Part shown: positions 9,158-19,294 of the stretch, in pieces
Layout: the number at the start of each line of letters is the position of its first letter
Position numbering within the stretch: position 1 is the stretch's first letter
Assembly: GCA_040386535.1 (NCBI GenBank)
Contig: JAZKFH010000068.1
Coordinates: 6,894-34,790, forward strand
Direction of reading: 5' to 3'
Length of the DNA: 27,897 nt
From: Myxococcota bacterium
GTDB taxonomy: Bacteria; Myxococcota_A; UBA796; SXON01
The notes under the pieces: generated by a model
Told to the model about the DNA's origin: nothing
The model's database searches: none
What the model saw: only the letters and a program-made list of their open reading frames with translations
Translations under genes and position numbers: made by a program

Positions 9158-11506
9158 CTACGCCAACGTGCGCGGATCCACGTCGATGATCCGCCGCACG
9201 CCCGCCGCGGCCTTCCAGCTGGCGTGGTGCGCGGTCAGGAACGCGCGCAGAGGCCCGATGTCGCGCCCGCGCAAAATGACCTGGAAACGCCAGCGCCCGA
9301 CGAGCCGGGCCATGGGGGCGGGGGCGGGGCCGAGCACGTCGACGCCGGCGTACCCGCGCGACTGCTCTCGCGCTTGCGACGCGAAGGCCTGCGCGGCGTC
9401 GCGACCCTGGGTGCGGTCGGTGGACTCGATGCGCACGAGGACCAGCCGCGTCCACGGGGGGTAGCCGAGGAACTTGCGGACGCGGGCCTCGTGGGCGGCG
9501 AACGCCTCCATGTCGCCGATGCAGCCGAACACGGGGTGATCGGGGTGGTGGGTCTGCAGGAACACGCGGCCGGGCACGTCTCCGCGGCCCGCGCGGCCGG
9601 TCAGCTGCGTCACGAGCGAGAAGGTGCGCTCGGCGGAGCGGAAGTCGGGCATGCCGAGCACGTGATCGGCGCCGAGCACGGCGGCCACGTGGACATCGGG
9701 GAAATCGTGGCCCTTGGCGACGATCTGGGTGCCGACGAGCAGGCGGGTGCGGCCCTCGCGAAAGTCGTCGAGGATACGGGCGTGGGAGCCGCGGCCGGTG
9801 GTGGTGTCGGCGTCCATGCGGCCGATCGGCACGCCGGGGAACGCCTCGGCGACGATCTCCTCGACACGCTCCGTGCCGCGCCCGAGGATGGCGAGCAGGG
9901 TGCCGCACTTGGGGCAGTCGGGCTTGAACGCCCGGTGGAAGCCGCAATAATGGCAGTCGAGCCGCTGGACCGCCTGGTGGTACACCATGGCGATGCCGCA
10001 GCTCGGGCAGTCGTAGGCCTGGCCGCAGCCGGGGCACTCGACAAAGCTGGCGTACCCCCGGCGGTTGTATAGCAGGATGCCCTTGCCGCCCGCGGCGAGG
10101 GCCGTCGTGAGCGCCTCGTGCACGGGCGAGGAGAGGAGCGGCACCGCGCCGTCGACCTTGACCTCCTCCCGCATGTCGATGATCTGGAGCGTCGGCACCG
10201 GGCGCGGCGTGGCGCGGTTCCGGATGGTGAGGAGCGTGTAGCGGCCCGTGCGGGCGTGCTCCCAGGTCTCCAAGGAGGGCGTGGCGGAGCCCAGCACGAC
10301 CGGGCAGCCGGCGGAGCGCCCGCGTACGATGGCCAGGTCGCGCGCGTTGTAGCGCACGCCCTCGTCCTGTTTGTAGGAGTCGTCGTTCTCCTCGTCGACC
10401 ACCACCAGGCCGAGCCGCGGGATGGGCGCGAAGATGGCGCTGCGGGCGCCCACGGCGACATCGGCCTCGCCCGCGTCGATGCGGCGCCACGCGCGAAGGC
10501 GGTCGGCCCCGGTGAGCGCGGAGTGCAGGGCGGCGACGCGACCGGGGAAACGTTCGGCGAAGCGGGCCACGAGCTGCGGCGTCAGCGCGATCTCGGGCAC
10601 GAGCACGAGCACCTGCTTGCCCGCCGCGACCGCGCGGGACGCGAGCGCCAGGTACACCTCGGTCTTCCCCGCGCCGGTCACGCCGTGCAGGAGCCACGTG
10701 CCCTTGCCCACCACCGCGTCCACCGCGGTGGTCTGCTCGGCGTTGAGTTTCGGCGGCGGCGAGGGCGGCACGTCGGGCACGAAGGGATCGCGCTTGGCGC
10801 GCTCCTCCCGGCGCACCATGCCGGTCTTCTCCATGCGCAGGACGGCCGGGGAGTCGAGCTCCGAGAGCGGGCGCGGGCCGGCGGCGAGCGCGTCGGCCAC
10901 GGCGCGGCTCTTCGTGGCGTTGGGCGGGATCTTGTCGGCGTCCCCGACGAGCGTGATCCAGTCCTCGTTGTCCTGGACGCCCTCCACCACCACGTCGACC
11001 GCGACGACCCACCCCGCGTCCATCGCGGCGCGGAGCGACTTCGCCACGTCCAGCACCTCGCCGTGGAGGCGCCGTTCGAGCGAGCTCTTGGTCAGTCCGG
11101 GGCGGGCCACCACCTCACGGAGCACCGCCGCGGGCGTGCCCTCGGGCGCCCCGGTGGCGATGGCCTCGATGCCGTCGGGCGTGGGCTGGTAGGTGTGGCG
11201 CGTGCGGATGGCCACGCCCGAAGGGGTGGCGGTCGCGATGACCTCGCCGAGGGGGGCGAGGTAGTAGTCGGCGATCCAGCGGTAGAACGCCAGCTGATCC
11301 GCGTCGAACGCCTGCCGGTCGAGCGCGGACTCGATGGGCTTGATGCCCTTCACGTCGGGCGTGTCGAGGTTCTCGACCACCCAGCCGTTGATGCGGCGTG
11401 GCCCGAACGGCACCACCACTTCGGTGCCGATCGGCAGGGGCGTGCGCGACGAGTAGGTGAACGCCCCGAACATGGGGAGCGGCACGGCCACACGAACGTA
11501 GACCAT
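9158..11506 (-). CDS. priA: Primosomal protein N' (replication restart helicase PriA)
   Basis: Walker A GVTGAGKTEVY, LVPEIALTPQ, VGARSA, VDEEND, SATPS, four CxxC motifs, GTQIVAKGHDFP and QLTGRAGRG. Confidence 0.98.
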   Translation of the reverse strand: MVYVRVAVPLPMFGAFTYSSRTPLPIGTEVVVPFGPRRINGWVVENLDTPDVKGIKPIESALDRQAFDADQLAFYRWIADYYLAPLGEVIATATPSGVAIRTRHTYQPTPDGIEAIATGAPEGTPAAVLREVVARPGLTKSSLERRLHGEVLDVAKSLRAAMDAGWVVAVDVVVEGVQDNEDWITLVGDADKIPPNATKSRAVADALAAGPRPLSELDSPAVLRMEKTGMVRREERAKRDPFVPDVPPSPPPKLNAEQTTAVDAVVGKGTWLLHGVTGAGKTEVYLALASRAVAAGKQVLVLVPEIALTPQLVARFAERFPGRVAALHSALTGADRLRAWRRIDAGEADVAVGARSAIFAPIPRLGLVVVDEENDDSYKQDEGVRYNARDLAIVRGRSAGCPVVLGSATPSLETWEHARTGRYTLLTIRNRATPRPVPTLQIIDMREEVKVDGAVPLLSSPVHEALTTALAAGGKGILLYNRRGYASFVECPGCGQAYDCPSCGIAMVYHQAVQRLDCHYCGFHRAFKPDCPKCGTLLAILGRGTERVEEIVAEAFPGVPIGRMDADTTTGRGSHARILDDFREGRTRLLVGTQIVAKGHDFPDVHVAAVLGADHVLGMPDFRSAERTFSLVTQLTGRAGRGDVPGRVFLQTHHPDHPVFGCIGDMEAFAAHEARVRKFLGYPPWTRLVLVRIESTDRTQGRDAAQAFASQAREQSRGYAGVDVLGPAPAPMARLVGRWRFQVILRGRDIGPLRAFLTAHHASWKAAAGVRRIIDVDPRTLA

Positions 11507-11520
11507 GCCGCCCCCGACGA

Positions 11521-12378
11521 TCAGGCGAAGCGGGCGAGGAGGGCGCGGGCGCCTTCCGCGTACTCGGGGCGCCGGAGCGCCTCGTGCAGCGTCGCCTCGA
11601 GCAGCCCGAGGGGGTTGCCGGTGTCGAAGCGCTGGCCTTCGAACAGGACCCCGCGCACCTCGCCCCGCCCGGCGAGGACCGCCAGGGCGTCGGTGAGCTG
11701 GATCTCGCCGCCGGCGCCGGGCTTCGTGTTGCGGAGGATCTCGAAGATCTCGGCCGGGAGGATGTACCGCCCCACGATCGAGAGCGTGGACGGGGCCACC
11801 TCGGGCGCCGGCTTCTCCACCATCGCACGCACGCGCATGCGATCGGGAGCCTCCATCTCGCCCGCGCAGATGCCGTACTTGCGCGTGTCCGCGCGCGGCA
11901 CGTCCAACAGCGCCACGACCGCGCCGCCGCTATCTGCGTGCACCCGCGCGAGCTGCCCGATGCACGGCACCTTCGCGTCGATGATGTCGTCCCCGAGGAG
12001 CACGGCGAACGGCTCGTCACCCACCGCCGCCGCCGCCGCGAGCACGGCGTGGCCGAGGCCCTTCTGCTCCTGCTGCCGCACGGTCACGATGGTGGCGAGG
12101 CGCGCCACGCGCCGCACCTCGGCCAACAGCGCCGACTTGCCCGCGGCCTCGAGGGTCGCCTCGAGGGCGGGCGAACGGTCGAAGTAGTCCTCCATCGCGG
12201 ACTTGCCACGGGAGGTCACCAGGACGATGTCGGTGAATCCGGCCTCGACCGCCTCGGCCACCACGTACTCGATGCACGGGCGATCGAGGATGGGGAGCAT
12301 CTCCTTCGGGACCGCCTTGGTCAGCGGAAGGAAGCGGGTGCCCAGGCCTGCCGCGGGAAGGACCGCCTTGCGCAACAT
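11521..12378 (-). CDS. galU: UTP--glucose-1-phosphate uridylyltransferase
   Basis: KAVLPAAGLGTRFLPLTKAVPKEMLP, RQQEQKGLGHAV, LLGDD, VEKP and GGEIQLTDA; its ATG overlaps the dksA stop (TGATG). Confidence 0.96.
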   Translation of the reverse strand: MLRKAVLPAAGLGTRFLPLTKAVPKEMLPILDRPCIEYVVAEAVEAGFTDIVLVTSRGKSAMEDYFDRSPALEATLEAAGKSALLAEVRRVARLATIVTVRQQEQKGLGHAVLAAAAAVGDEPFAVLLGDDIIDAKVPCIGQLARVHADSGGAVVALLDVPRADTRKYGICAGEMEAPDRMRVRAMVEKPAPEVAPSTLSIVGRYILPAEIFEILRNTKPGAGGEIQLTDALAVLAGRGEVRGVLFEGQRFDTGNPLGLLEATLHEALRRPEYAEGARALLARFA

Positions 12379-12743
12379 CACAGGTCCCGCGAGGACCGCT
12401 CGAGCTGCTCGAGCTCGGTCTTGCAGTCGATGCAGTGCGTCGCGACCGGGCGTGCAACAAGCCGCTTGTCCGAGATCTCGCCGCCGCACGCCACGCAGGT
12501 GCCGTACTCACCCTCGTCGATGCGGGCGAGGGCCTCCTTGATCTTGTGGATCAGCACGCGCTCGCGGTCGCGGATGCGGAGCTGGAAGTCACGGTTGGAC
12601 TCCATGGACGCGAGATCGATCGCGTCGGCGAGGTTCTCCTTCTCGTCGGTCAGATCGCCGAGGGTCGCACCGGCCTCCGTGAGCAGCGCCCGGAGGCGGT
12701 CCTGAAGCAGAGTGCGGAAAAAGTCCAGCCTGTCGCGTTCCAT
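12378..12743 (-). CDS. dksA: RNA polymerase-binding transcription factor DksA
   Basis: Coiled-coil tip DxxDxA (DAIDLA), RDRER...KI..AL.RI..GEYG and C4 zinc finger CVAC...CIDC; GGAG SD before ATG 12743; 121 aa. Confidence 0.93.
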   Translation of the reverse strand: MERDRLDFFRTLLQDRLRALLTEAGATLGDLTDEKENLADAIDLASMESNRDFQLRIRDRERVLIHKIKEALARIDEGEYGTCVACGGEISDKRLVARPVATHCIDCKTELEQLERSSRDL

Positions 12744-12937
12744 CTTGACTCCAAATGCCCGTTCCCGGAGGTTGCCCGACGCATGCCCGCTCATGTACCC
12801 CGTCATCCCCTCCCGACGCCTGTTCGGAAGTGTTCAGGCGTGTAGTTGTAAATGACGGTCTCGACGACACCATAGTCGACGCTGTAGGCCCATCCCGAGC
12901 TTGCATGCTCGGAAAGCGGCTCATAGTAGTGCCCGAT

Positions 12938-13864
12938 ATGTGGCTCGGCAAGCCTACCCTCTCGATGGTGACGGTGGGCGTCGTCCTGGTCAGCTTCACA
13001 GCAGGGCCCGCGCACGCCTCGCCCAACCATCCGCTGGACCATCCGGAAGTGATGGGCGCCCGCTCGCTCGGCCGGGGCGGCGTGGGCCGCGCGGACGCGA
13101 CGGACATCTCGGGTGAGGAGCTCAACCTCGCCGCCGTGTCCCTGATCCCCAGCTACAGCTTCTTCGGCGGCGCCGAGCTCGGCCCGGACAAACGCTTCCT
13201 CGCCCGGGCCGGCGCGGTCGACTCGCGCACCTCCCCGATCGCCCTCGGCGCCGGCTACCGCTGGCGGTCCGACAACGTGCCGCCCACCGGCGCGGCGCTC
13301 CCCGGCTGGGCCCCGGCGGACGGCGAGGCGCTCGACAACCCCACCACCGCCCACCGCGTGCACCTCGGCGTGGCGCTGCCCTTCCTGGAGCGGCGCCTCT
13401 CCCTCGCGGTACACACGCGCTTCGACTGGTGGGACGCCGAGATCTCCGGCCCCGCCAACGCCTTCAACTTCGGCTTCTCGGTGGCCGGGCGCCCCGTGCC
13501 GGCCCTCACCCTGGCGGCCGGCGCGCGCAGCCTGCTCACCACGGTCGACACGCGCACCCAGCGTGAGGTCGACCTCGCGGTGCGCTTCGACCCGGGCCCC
13601 TACCTCGGCCTCGAGGCCGACGTGGTCGCGCCCATCGCCGACGGCCTGGACATCGACACCTTCGAGTGGCGCGCCGGCCTCGACGTGTCGGCCACCAAGT
13701 GGCTCGCACTGCGCGGCGGCTGGTCGATGGACGAGGGGGTCCACGCCGCCCACCTCGGCCTCGGCCTGGTGAGCGACAAGGCCACGCTCGACTACGGCAT
13801 CAAGGTGCAGCTGGACGCGCCGGAGCGGAACTGGCATGCGCTCGACCTGAGGGTCAATTTCTAA
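12938..13864 (+). CDS. Putative outer-membrane beta-barrel protein (PorV/FadL-like N-terminal motif)
   Basis: Signal peptide ending AHA, GARSLGRGG motif, alternating amphipathic strands and C-terminal Phe (ALDLRVNF). Start is ATG 12938 or 12965. Confidence 0.7.
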   Translation: MWLGKPTLSMVTVGVVLVSFTAGPAHASPNHPLDHPEVMGARSLGRGGVGRADATDISGEELNLAAVSLIPSYSFFGGAELGPDKRFLARAGAVDSRTSPIALGAGYRWRSDNVPPTGAALPGWAPADGEALDNPTTAHRVHLGVALPFLERRLSLAVHTRFDWWDAEISGPANAFNFGFSVAGRPVPALTLAAGARSLLTTVDTRTQREVDLAVRFDPGPYLGLEADVVAPIADGLDIDTFEWRAGLDVSATKWLALRGGWSMDEGVHAAHLGLGLVSDKATLDYGIKVQLDAPERNWHALDLRVNF

Positions 13865-13898
13865 GCACGCGTGAGGGGCACGCGGTGTCGATCGGGGA

Positions 13899-14019
13899 GG
13901 GCGCGTCCGCCGCGAAGACGCGGCGGTCGGTCCCCTGCGGGCGAGCGGCAAAGCCGCTCGGTCGGCGCGGCGCCGGACCGCGCCGCGGCGGCGCGCCCTC
14001 CGGGCACCTCGCGCGGGGG
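13899..14019 (+). repeat. Copy C of dispersed multi-hairpin repeat unit
   Basis: Begins GGGCGCGTCC as at 8163; 13994-14019 matches 8281-8306 at 24/26. Confidence 0.8.
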
Positions 14020-14059
14020 CCCCGCCGCACGACCGGGGAGCTCATCGTCCCGTGGCTCC

Positions 14060-14089
14060 GGGGCGTTGCGGGGGCGGAGCCCCCGCCCC
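14060..14089. terminator. GC hairpin (GGGGCGGAGCCCC-type) between convergent genes
   Basis: GCGGGGGC-GGA-GCCCCCGC stem at 14068-14086, 17 bp from the oxidoreductase stop; no clear U tract. Confidence 0.4.
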
Positions 14090-14103
14090 AAGAACAGCAG
14101 GAT

Positions 14104-15492
14104 CTACCCCGCCTTGAGCACGCCCTTGGCCAGGAGCGCCTCTTCCGCGTCCTCCCGGCCGGAGTCGCGCAGGAGCCGCTTGGAGAGCTGCATGGCGTTC
14201 TCCATCGAGTGGTCCATGTTGTTGTACCAGAACATGCCCGTGCGGCCGGCGAGGTGCAGGTTCTCGTAGGCGGACAGGGCCTTGCGGGTGCGCTCGAGCT
14301 CTTTCGGGTAACGACTGTGGTAGATCGGGTAGGTGTCGGCCACGCGCTCGACGTACACGTTCTGCACCTCGCGGCGCGACTTGATGAGGCCCACCTTCAC
14401 CAGATCGCTCACGACCCAGTCGGTCAGGCGCTCGGCGTGCTTCCAGCGCTCGTCGCCCTCGCGGCAGGTGACCTCGAGCTGGATGCCGGTGGTGCCCGGC
14501 GGGCACGTGTCCGCCGAGAAACAGCGCGGGATCGAGGCGCGGGAGAACACGATGTCGTCGGCGCCGTAGTAGCACCACTGGTAGTCGCGAGGCAGATCGC
14601 CGCGGACGAGCACGTTGTAGAACAACGTGGAGAGGTAGGGCAGGTCCGGCCGCTCGATGCCGAGCTGGTCGGTCGCGAGGGTGATGGGGGCGGTCCACAC
14701 CACGAGGCTGGGCTCGATGCGCTCGTTGCCGAACTCGACGGCGTCGATCTTGCCGTTGCCGCCGATGAGTCGAGCGCCCTCGCCGGTAACGACGCGGCCG
14801 CCCTTCGCCTCGAACAGGGCGCGCACCTTGTCCCACGCCAGCTGCATGCCGGTCTTGGGGTAGGTGAAGCTGATCTCGGCCTTGTTGAACTGGAGGAAGG
14901 TCGACTTGGCGAGCTGCGACAGGTTCTGCATCTGCAGCTTGTCGTCGATGATCGCGCGGTTCAGGCCGACCTTGGCCCAGTCCGGGTGCGTGTCCTTGGG
15001 GTGGATCCCCATGAACTTGATCGAGTAGCCCTTGAAGAAGTTCTCGTAGAGCGTGGGGCCGTACTGGCGGAGGACGTAGTCCTCGAAGCTGTTGCCCTCG
15101 TAGGTCTTCCAGCCGTTGATGGCGAGGTCGATCGCCGACTTTGCCGCGAGCGCGGGCGGGAGCTGGACGAGGTTCTTCGGGTGGAGCGGCCAGCGGTAGT
15201 AGCTGCCCTCGAAGTACACCTCGGACTTGCGGGGGAACACCGCGACCTCCGACCCGAGCACGCGGTCGATGTAGGCCTTGATGTTGGGGTTCGCCGTGTG
15301 GAAGCGGTGCGGACCGCAATCGAACACGAAGCCCTCGTACTCGTAGGAGCGGGCGAGCCCGCCGACACGCTCGAACTTCTCGACGACGACCACCTCCGCG
15401 CCGTGCTCGGCGAGCAGGTGCGCGGTGACGAGGCCCGCGACGCCGCCGCCGACGACGACGACCGGTGCGCTGAAGACGGAGGACTTGCTCAA
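14104..15492 (-). CDS. FAD-dependent oxidoreductase (HemY/UDP-galactopyranose-mutase-like family)
   Basis: VVVGGGVAGL...EK...GGLARS...FDCGPHRFHT at the N-terminus; YP.Y and AGRTGMFWYNNMDHSM at the C-terminus. TTG start with GAGG SD. Confidence 0.85.
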   Translation of the reverse strand: MSKSSVFSAPVVVVGGGVAGLVTAHLLAEHGAEVVVVEKFERVGGLARSYEYEGFVFDCGPHRFHTANPNIKAYIDRVLGSEVAVFPRKSEVYFEGSYYRWPLHPKNLVQLPPALAAKSAIDLAINGWKTYEGNSFEDYVLRQYGPTLYENFFKGYSIKFMGIHPKDTHPDWAKVGLNRAIIDDKLQMQNLSQLAKSTFLQFNKAEISFTYPKTGMQLAWDKVRALFEAKGGRVVTGEGARLIGGNGKIDAVEFGNERIEPSLVVWTAPITLATDQLGIERPDLPYLSTLFYNVLVRGDLPRDYQWCYYGADDIVFSRASIPRCFSADTCPPGTTGIQLEVTCREGDERWKHAERLTDWVVSDLVKVGLIKSRREVQNVYVERVADTYPIYHSRYPKELERTRKALSAYENLHLAGRTGMFWYNNMDHSMENAMQLSKRLLRDSGREDAEEALLAKGVLKAG

Positions 15493-15603
15493 AGGAACCT
15501 CGGGTGCGTTCGCCGCGCCATTCTGCCCGATCCCGGCAACGCCGGGTAGGGTGGACCTCGTACGTAGGCGGACCGGGCTACCGAGCCGCCCGGCCGGCGG
15601 TCG

Positions 15604-17025
15604 TCAGCCCGCGCTACCGAGCGCGCGCTTCAGGGGCTTGTTGAAGGCCCACATCGCCACGCCGGTCGCGACGCCCAAGCCCGTGAGGAGCAGGAAGAAG
15701 CTCTCCTTCGGGATCTGGTCGTACAACACGCCGAGGTAGCCGGAGAGGATCCCGCCGAAGAAGCTCGACAGGAACCACATGCCCATCATCATCGAGACGA
15801 TGCGGATGGGGGACACCTTGGTGACCAGCGAGAGGCCGATGGGCGAGAGGTAGAGCTCGCCGATGGTGAGGAGCAAGGTGCAGAAGAGCGGCCAGAACAT
15901 GCTGCCCTGGCCGTCACCCACCACGTTGGCGCCGACCACCATCACGATGAACGACAGGCCGAGGATGGCCGAGCCGATCGCCATCTTGCTGACGCTGGAG
16001 GGCTCGGTGCCGCGGCGGTTCTGCCAGCGCCAGAACACGTCGAGCAGCGGGGCGAGGAGGAAGATGCAGAAGGGGTTGAACGACTGGAACCACGTGCTGC
16101 GCACCTGGATGCCGAGCACCTCGGGCCAGATGGTCTGCTCGTCGGCCCAGGTCTGCATCGTGTTGCCCTGCTGCTCGTACACGCCCCAGAACACGATGTT
16201 CAGGGCGCACAGCGCGATGAGCGCGCCGACCCGACGCCACTCGTCGGAGGTCATCGGCTCCTTGGCGGTCTCCGTGTGCGCCGCGGCCTTCTTCATCCGG
16301 TTGTCGGGGGCGAGGAAGCGCTGCCCGGCGATGTAGATGACGAGGCCCAGCAACATGCCGACGCCGGCGGCCGCGAAGCCGTAGTGCCAGCCGTACACCG
16401 CCGCGAGCCCGCCGCAGATGAAGTTGGTGAGGAACGCGCCGAGGTTGATCCCCATGTAGAAGATCGTGAACGCGCCGTCGCGACGGGGATCCCCGGGCTG
16501 GTACAGGTTGCCGACCTGCGTGGAGATGTTCGGCTTGAACGCGCCGTTGCCGATGATGAGCAAGAGGAGCGCGAAGAAGAACTGGTTCTCGAAGGCCATC
16601 ACGAAGTGGCCGAGCGCCATGAGGATGCCGCCGAGCACCACGGTTTTGCGCTGGCCGAGCCAGCGGTCGGCGATGAGCCCGCCGAGCAGCGGCGTCATGT
16701 AGACGAGGCCGACGTACCAGCCGTAGATGACCGAGGCCTGGCCCTGGATCGTGGCGCCCGCGGGGAGCAGGCCCGAGACCACGCCCCAGCCCATGACAGC
16801 CGACGGATCGCCGGCCACGCGCTCTTCCCCGCCCTGGAGCAGCTGGCGGCTCCCGACGAACAGGTAGTTCACCATGTACAGCTTCAGCAGGCCGCGCATG
16901 CCGTAGTAGGAGAAGCGCTCCCACATCTCGGTGAAGAACAGGACGTACAGCCCCGGGGGATGCCCGAAGCGCCGCTCGAAGGCGGTGACGGGGACGGGCG
17001 GCGCGGTGACTACGGACGATTCCAT
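15604..17025 (-). CDS. Proton-dependent oligopeptide transporter (POT/PTR2, MFS)
   Basis: ExxERFxYY signature (TEMWERFSYYGMR), GNGAFKPNIS, FYMGINLG and GELYLSP; GAGG SD before ATG 17025. Confidence 0.95.
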   Translation of the reverse strand: MESSVVTAPPVPVTAFERRFGHPPGLYVLFFTEMWERFSYYGMRGLLKLYMVNYLFVGSRQLLQGGEERVAGDPSAVMGWGVVSGLLPAGATIQGQASVIYGWYVGLVYMTPLLGGLIADRWLGQRKTVVLGGILMALGHFVMAFENQFFFALLLLIIGNGAFKPNISTQVGNLYQPGDPRRDGAFTIFYMGINLGAFLTNFICGGLAAVYGWHYGFAAAGVGMLLGLVIYIAGQRFLAPDNRMKKAAAHTETAKEPMTSDEWRRVGALIALCALNIVFWGVYEQQGNTMQTWADEQTIWPEVLGIQVRSTWFQSFNPFCIFLLAPLLDVFWRWQNRRGTEPSSVSKMAIGSAILGLSFIVMVVGANVVGDGQGSMFWPLFCTLLLTIGELYLSPIGLSLVTKVSPIRIVSMMMGMWFLSSFFGGILSGYLGVLYDQIPKESFFLLLTGLGVATGVAMWAFNKPLKRALGSAG

Positions 17026-17100
17026 ACGACCTCGGAGCGGAGCGACCGCCGACCGTACCACGTTCGTGTCGTCGGGAAGCGGCTGCCCTGCGCGATTCCG

Positions 17101-18882
17101 TCACCTGCGGCGGAACACCTCGACCTGGCGCGTGTACCCGTTGAACGCGAACAGATCCGTGGGCCGGATCGTCGCGATCGGCTCGCCGAACGCGGACAAG
17201 AGCTCGCTCCGCACCTCGGCGGCGCGCGGGCCGACCCAGCGCGGCTCATAGAAGACGCACGTGTCGCCCATGCCCGAGGGATCGCCCGCCACGGCCGCGG
17301 CGAGCGCGGCCATCCGCTCGTTCGACCACGCGGCGCGCGCCTCGCTCGAGCGGCCCGCGCCGTGGGCCCCGTTGCCCTCCTCGGGTGCGCGCGGCAGCCA
17401 CAGAAGGCCCTCGAGGCGATGCACGTCGTCGAGCTCCACGGGGCCGTTCACCCGCGCGGGCAGCACGATCGCGGAGCACGAGGCCGTGGCGTCGAGCAGC
17501 GCGCGGGGGAAGGGGCGCTCGGCGAGGGGCCAGGGGCCGACGAACGCGGCCCAGGCGAGCCCGGCGACCACGGCGAGCACGGCGTGATCGGGGAAGCGGG
17601 CGCGCAGCCGGTCGACGCCGTACGCGGTCCCGGCGGTCATCGCCACGGCGAGCAATGTGGCCCACCGGAGCGGGTGCCGCATGCGCGAGGCCGTCGGGAC
17701 CCACTGGTACACGAGCTGGTAGAGCGGGTTGGCGCCCCGCTCGCCCGTGCCGTAGCCCTCGAAAACGACGCTGCCGAGGCCCCCGGGGAGCACCGGCCAC
17801 GGCCCGAGCGCGAGCACCGCGCCGAGCAGCGCGAGGGCGACAAACCCCACGCGGTCCCGACGGGTCAGGCCGAACAGGGCGATCGGAAGCAGCGGCAGGA
17901 CCGGGATCCACCCCCCGCGCGGCGACACGAGCGCGTACCACGGCACCTCGTCGATGAGGTCCAGGTGCTGGTCGGGGTCGGTGGCGCCGACCGGGAACGG
18001 CGTGCCCCACGGGATGACTGCGAGCTTGCTCTCGGTGCCGGAGAGCAGCGCCTGGACGACCGGCACCGCGGCGGGGAGGCACAGCGCGATCACGACGGCG
18101 GCGGCGGCGACGAGGCGGAGCGGCGTGCGCGGCGCAAACGGGCCGCCGACACGGGCGCCGACGAGGAACAGCGCCGCGCCGAGGCCGAGCACGACCGCGT
18201 TCTGCCAGTACAAGACGCACGCGAAGGCGGCGCCGGCCGCTGCGAGCCCGACACCGCCGCGCTCGCCGCGGGTAAGGCGGACCAGCCCGCCGAAGAACAC
18301 GAAGGCGCCGAGCAGCACGGCCTGCGGGTAGTGGCCCCGCTGGACGCTCTCGAGCACCACCGCGGAGCTGCCCGCCACCACGCCCGCGGCGAGGCCCGCG
18401 AGGGGGGAGGCGCCGAGCGTTCGCGCGAAGGCAACGCCCGACACGGCGGCGAGCGCGACCAGCCCGACATGGACGGCGGCCAGGGCGGCGGCTGGGGGAA
18501 GCAGGAGGCGGGCGGGCCAGAGGAACAGCGCGAGGTCGAGGACGTTGAGCGCGCGGGCCTCGACGGCGAGGTTCCAGAAGTCGACGAGCAGGAACGAGAC
18601 GACGGAGCCGCGCGTGTCCCAGGCCTCGCCGGCGCGCCGCCACGCGTCCCAGCCGATGCGGAGCGTGTGGATGGTGTCGCAGCCCTCGCCGACGTGCTGC
18701 GGCCCGACGGAGGCCGCCACGGGCGCCACTGGGAGTGGGTCGGCCGCGAGGTGCCCCTCGCAGCGGTCGAACCGGTAGCCGAGCAGGCTGTCGCCCTGCC
18801 AGGCGTGCACGACGCCGCGCGCCTGGGCCGCGAAGACGGTGGCCAGCAGCAGCGCGAGGACGACGAGCCAGGGGTGGCGCAC
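17101..18882 (-). CDS. Polytopic membrane protein, GT-C/YfhO-like glycosyltransferase candidate (paralog 1)
   Basis: Many hydrophobic helices, a soluble loop after TM1, and LALGP...RMRHPLRW (RxPxR-like). The GTG 18882 start is inferred. Family assignment is by motif resemblance only. Confidence 0.65.
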   Translation of the reverse strand: MRHPWLVVLALLLATVFAAQARGVVHAWQGDSLLGYRFDRCEGHLAADPLPVAPVAASVGPQHVGEGCDTIHTLRIGWDAWRRAGEAWDTRGSVVSFLLVDFWNLAVEARALNVLDLALFLWPARLLLPPAAALAAVHVGLVALAAVSGVAFARTLGASPLAGLAAGVVAGSSAVVLESVQRGHYPQAVLLGAFVFFGGLVRLTRGERGGVGLAAAGAAFACVLYWQNAVVLGLGAALFLVGARVGGPFAPRTPLRLVAAAAVVIALCLPAAVPVVQALLSGTESKLAVIPWGTPFPVGATDPDQHLDLIDEVPWYALVSPRGGWIPVLPLLPIALFGLTRRDRVGFVALALLGAVLALGPWPVLPGGLGSVVFEGYGTGERGANPLYQLVYQWVPTASRMRHPLRWATLLAVAMTAGTAYGVDRLRARFPDHAVLAVVAGLAWAAFVGPWPLAERPFPRALLDATASCSAIVLPARVNGPVELDDVHRLEGLLWLPRAPEEGNGAHGAGRSSEARAAWSNERMAALAAAVAGDPSGMGDTCVFYEPRWVGPRAAEVRSELLSAFGEPIATIRPTDLFAFNGYTRQVEVFRRR

Positions 18883-18932
18883 GGCGGGGAGTGTGGCACG
18901 GGGCGCCGTTCGACGGGAGGACCGGTCGCCGG

Positions 18933-19072
18933 GGGGCGGCCCGGCGGCGGGGACGCCGCCGTCGGGTCGGCTCCGGGCTCCGCGCCCGAGGCGCTCCGGT
19001 CCGCCGGCGCTCCGCGGACGGATCGCCGGCGGGACCGACCGCGCGGCGCGGCCGCCCTGCGCGCCCCTGCCG
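18933..19072 (+). repeat. Copy B-left of dispersed multi-hairpin repeat unit
   Basis: 18965-19060 aligns with 8190-8288, including an identical GCGCGGCCGCCCTGC and compensatory changes in the central stem. Confidence 0.85.
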
Positions 19073-19100
19073 CTCCGTGGTGGCGGGCGGCTCCCCTCCT

Positions 19101-19271
19101 CCCGCGCGAGGCGCCCGGAAGGCGGCGCGGGCCCGCCCCCGCCGCGGCCGGAGGCACCCCGATGCCTACCGCCCGCGCCGGTCCGCCCGCGCGCGGCGGG
19201 CGGACGGAGCGGCCTCGCCGCGACCCTGGAAGGGGGCCGACCGTGGCGTCCGCGCCACGGTCGCGCCCGAC
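19101..19271 (-). repeat. Copy B-right of dispersed multi-hairpin repeat unit (inverted to B-left)
   Basis: Minus strand begins GTCGGGCGCG and ends GCCGCCTTCCGGGCGCCTCGCGCGGG, like copies A-left and C. Confidence 0.85.
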
Positions 19272-19294
19272 CACCGCTCTTCAACGCCGACCGC

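Noticed and set aside
8545..9189. ORFs of 113-198 aa across the 51-bp array on both strands
   Set aside because: They are open because the 51-bp triplet-period unit lacks stops in several frames; there is no convincing start signal, so no CDS is called.
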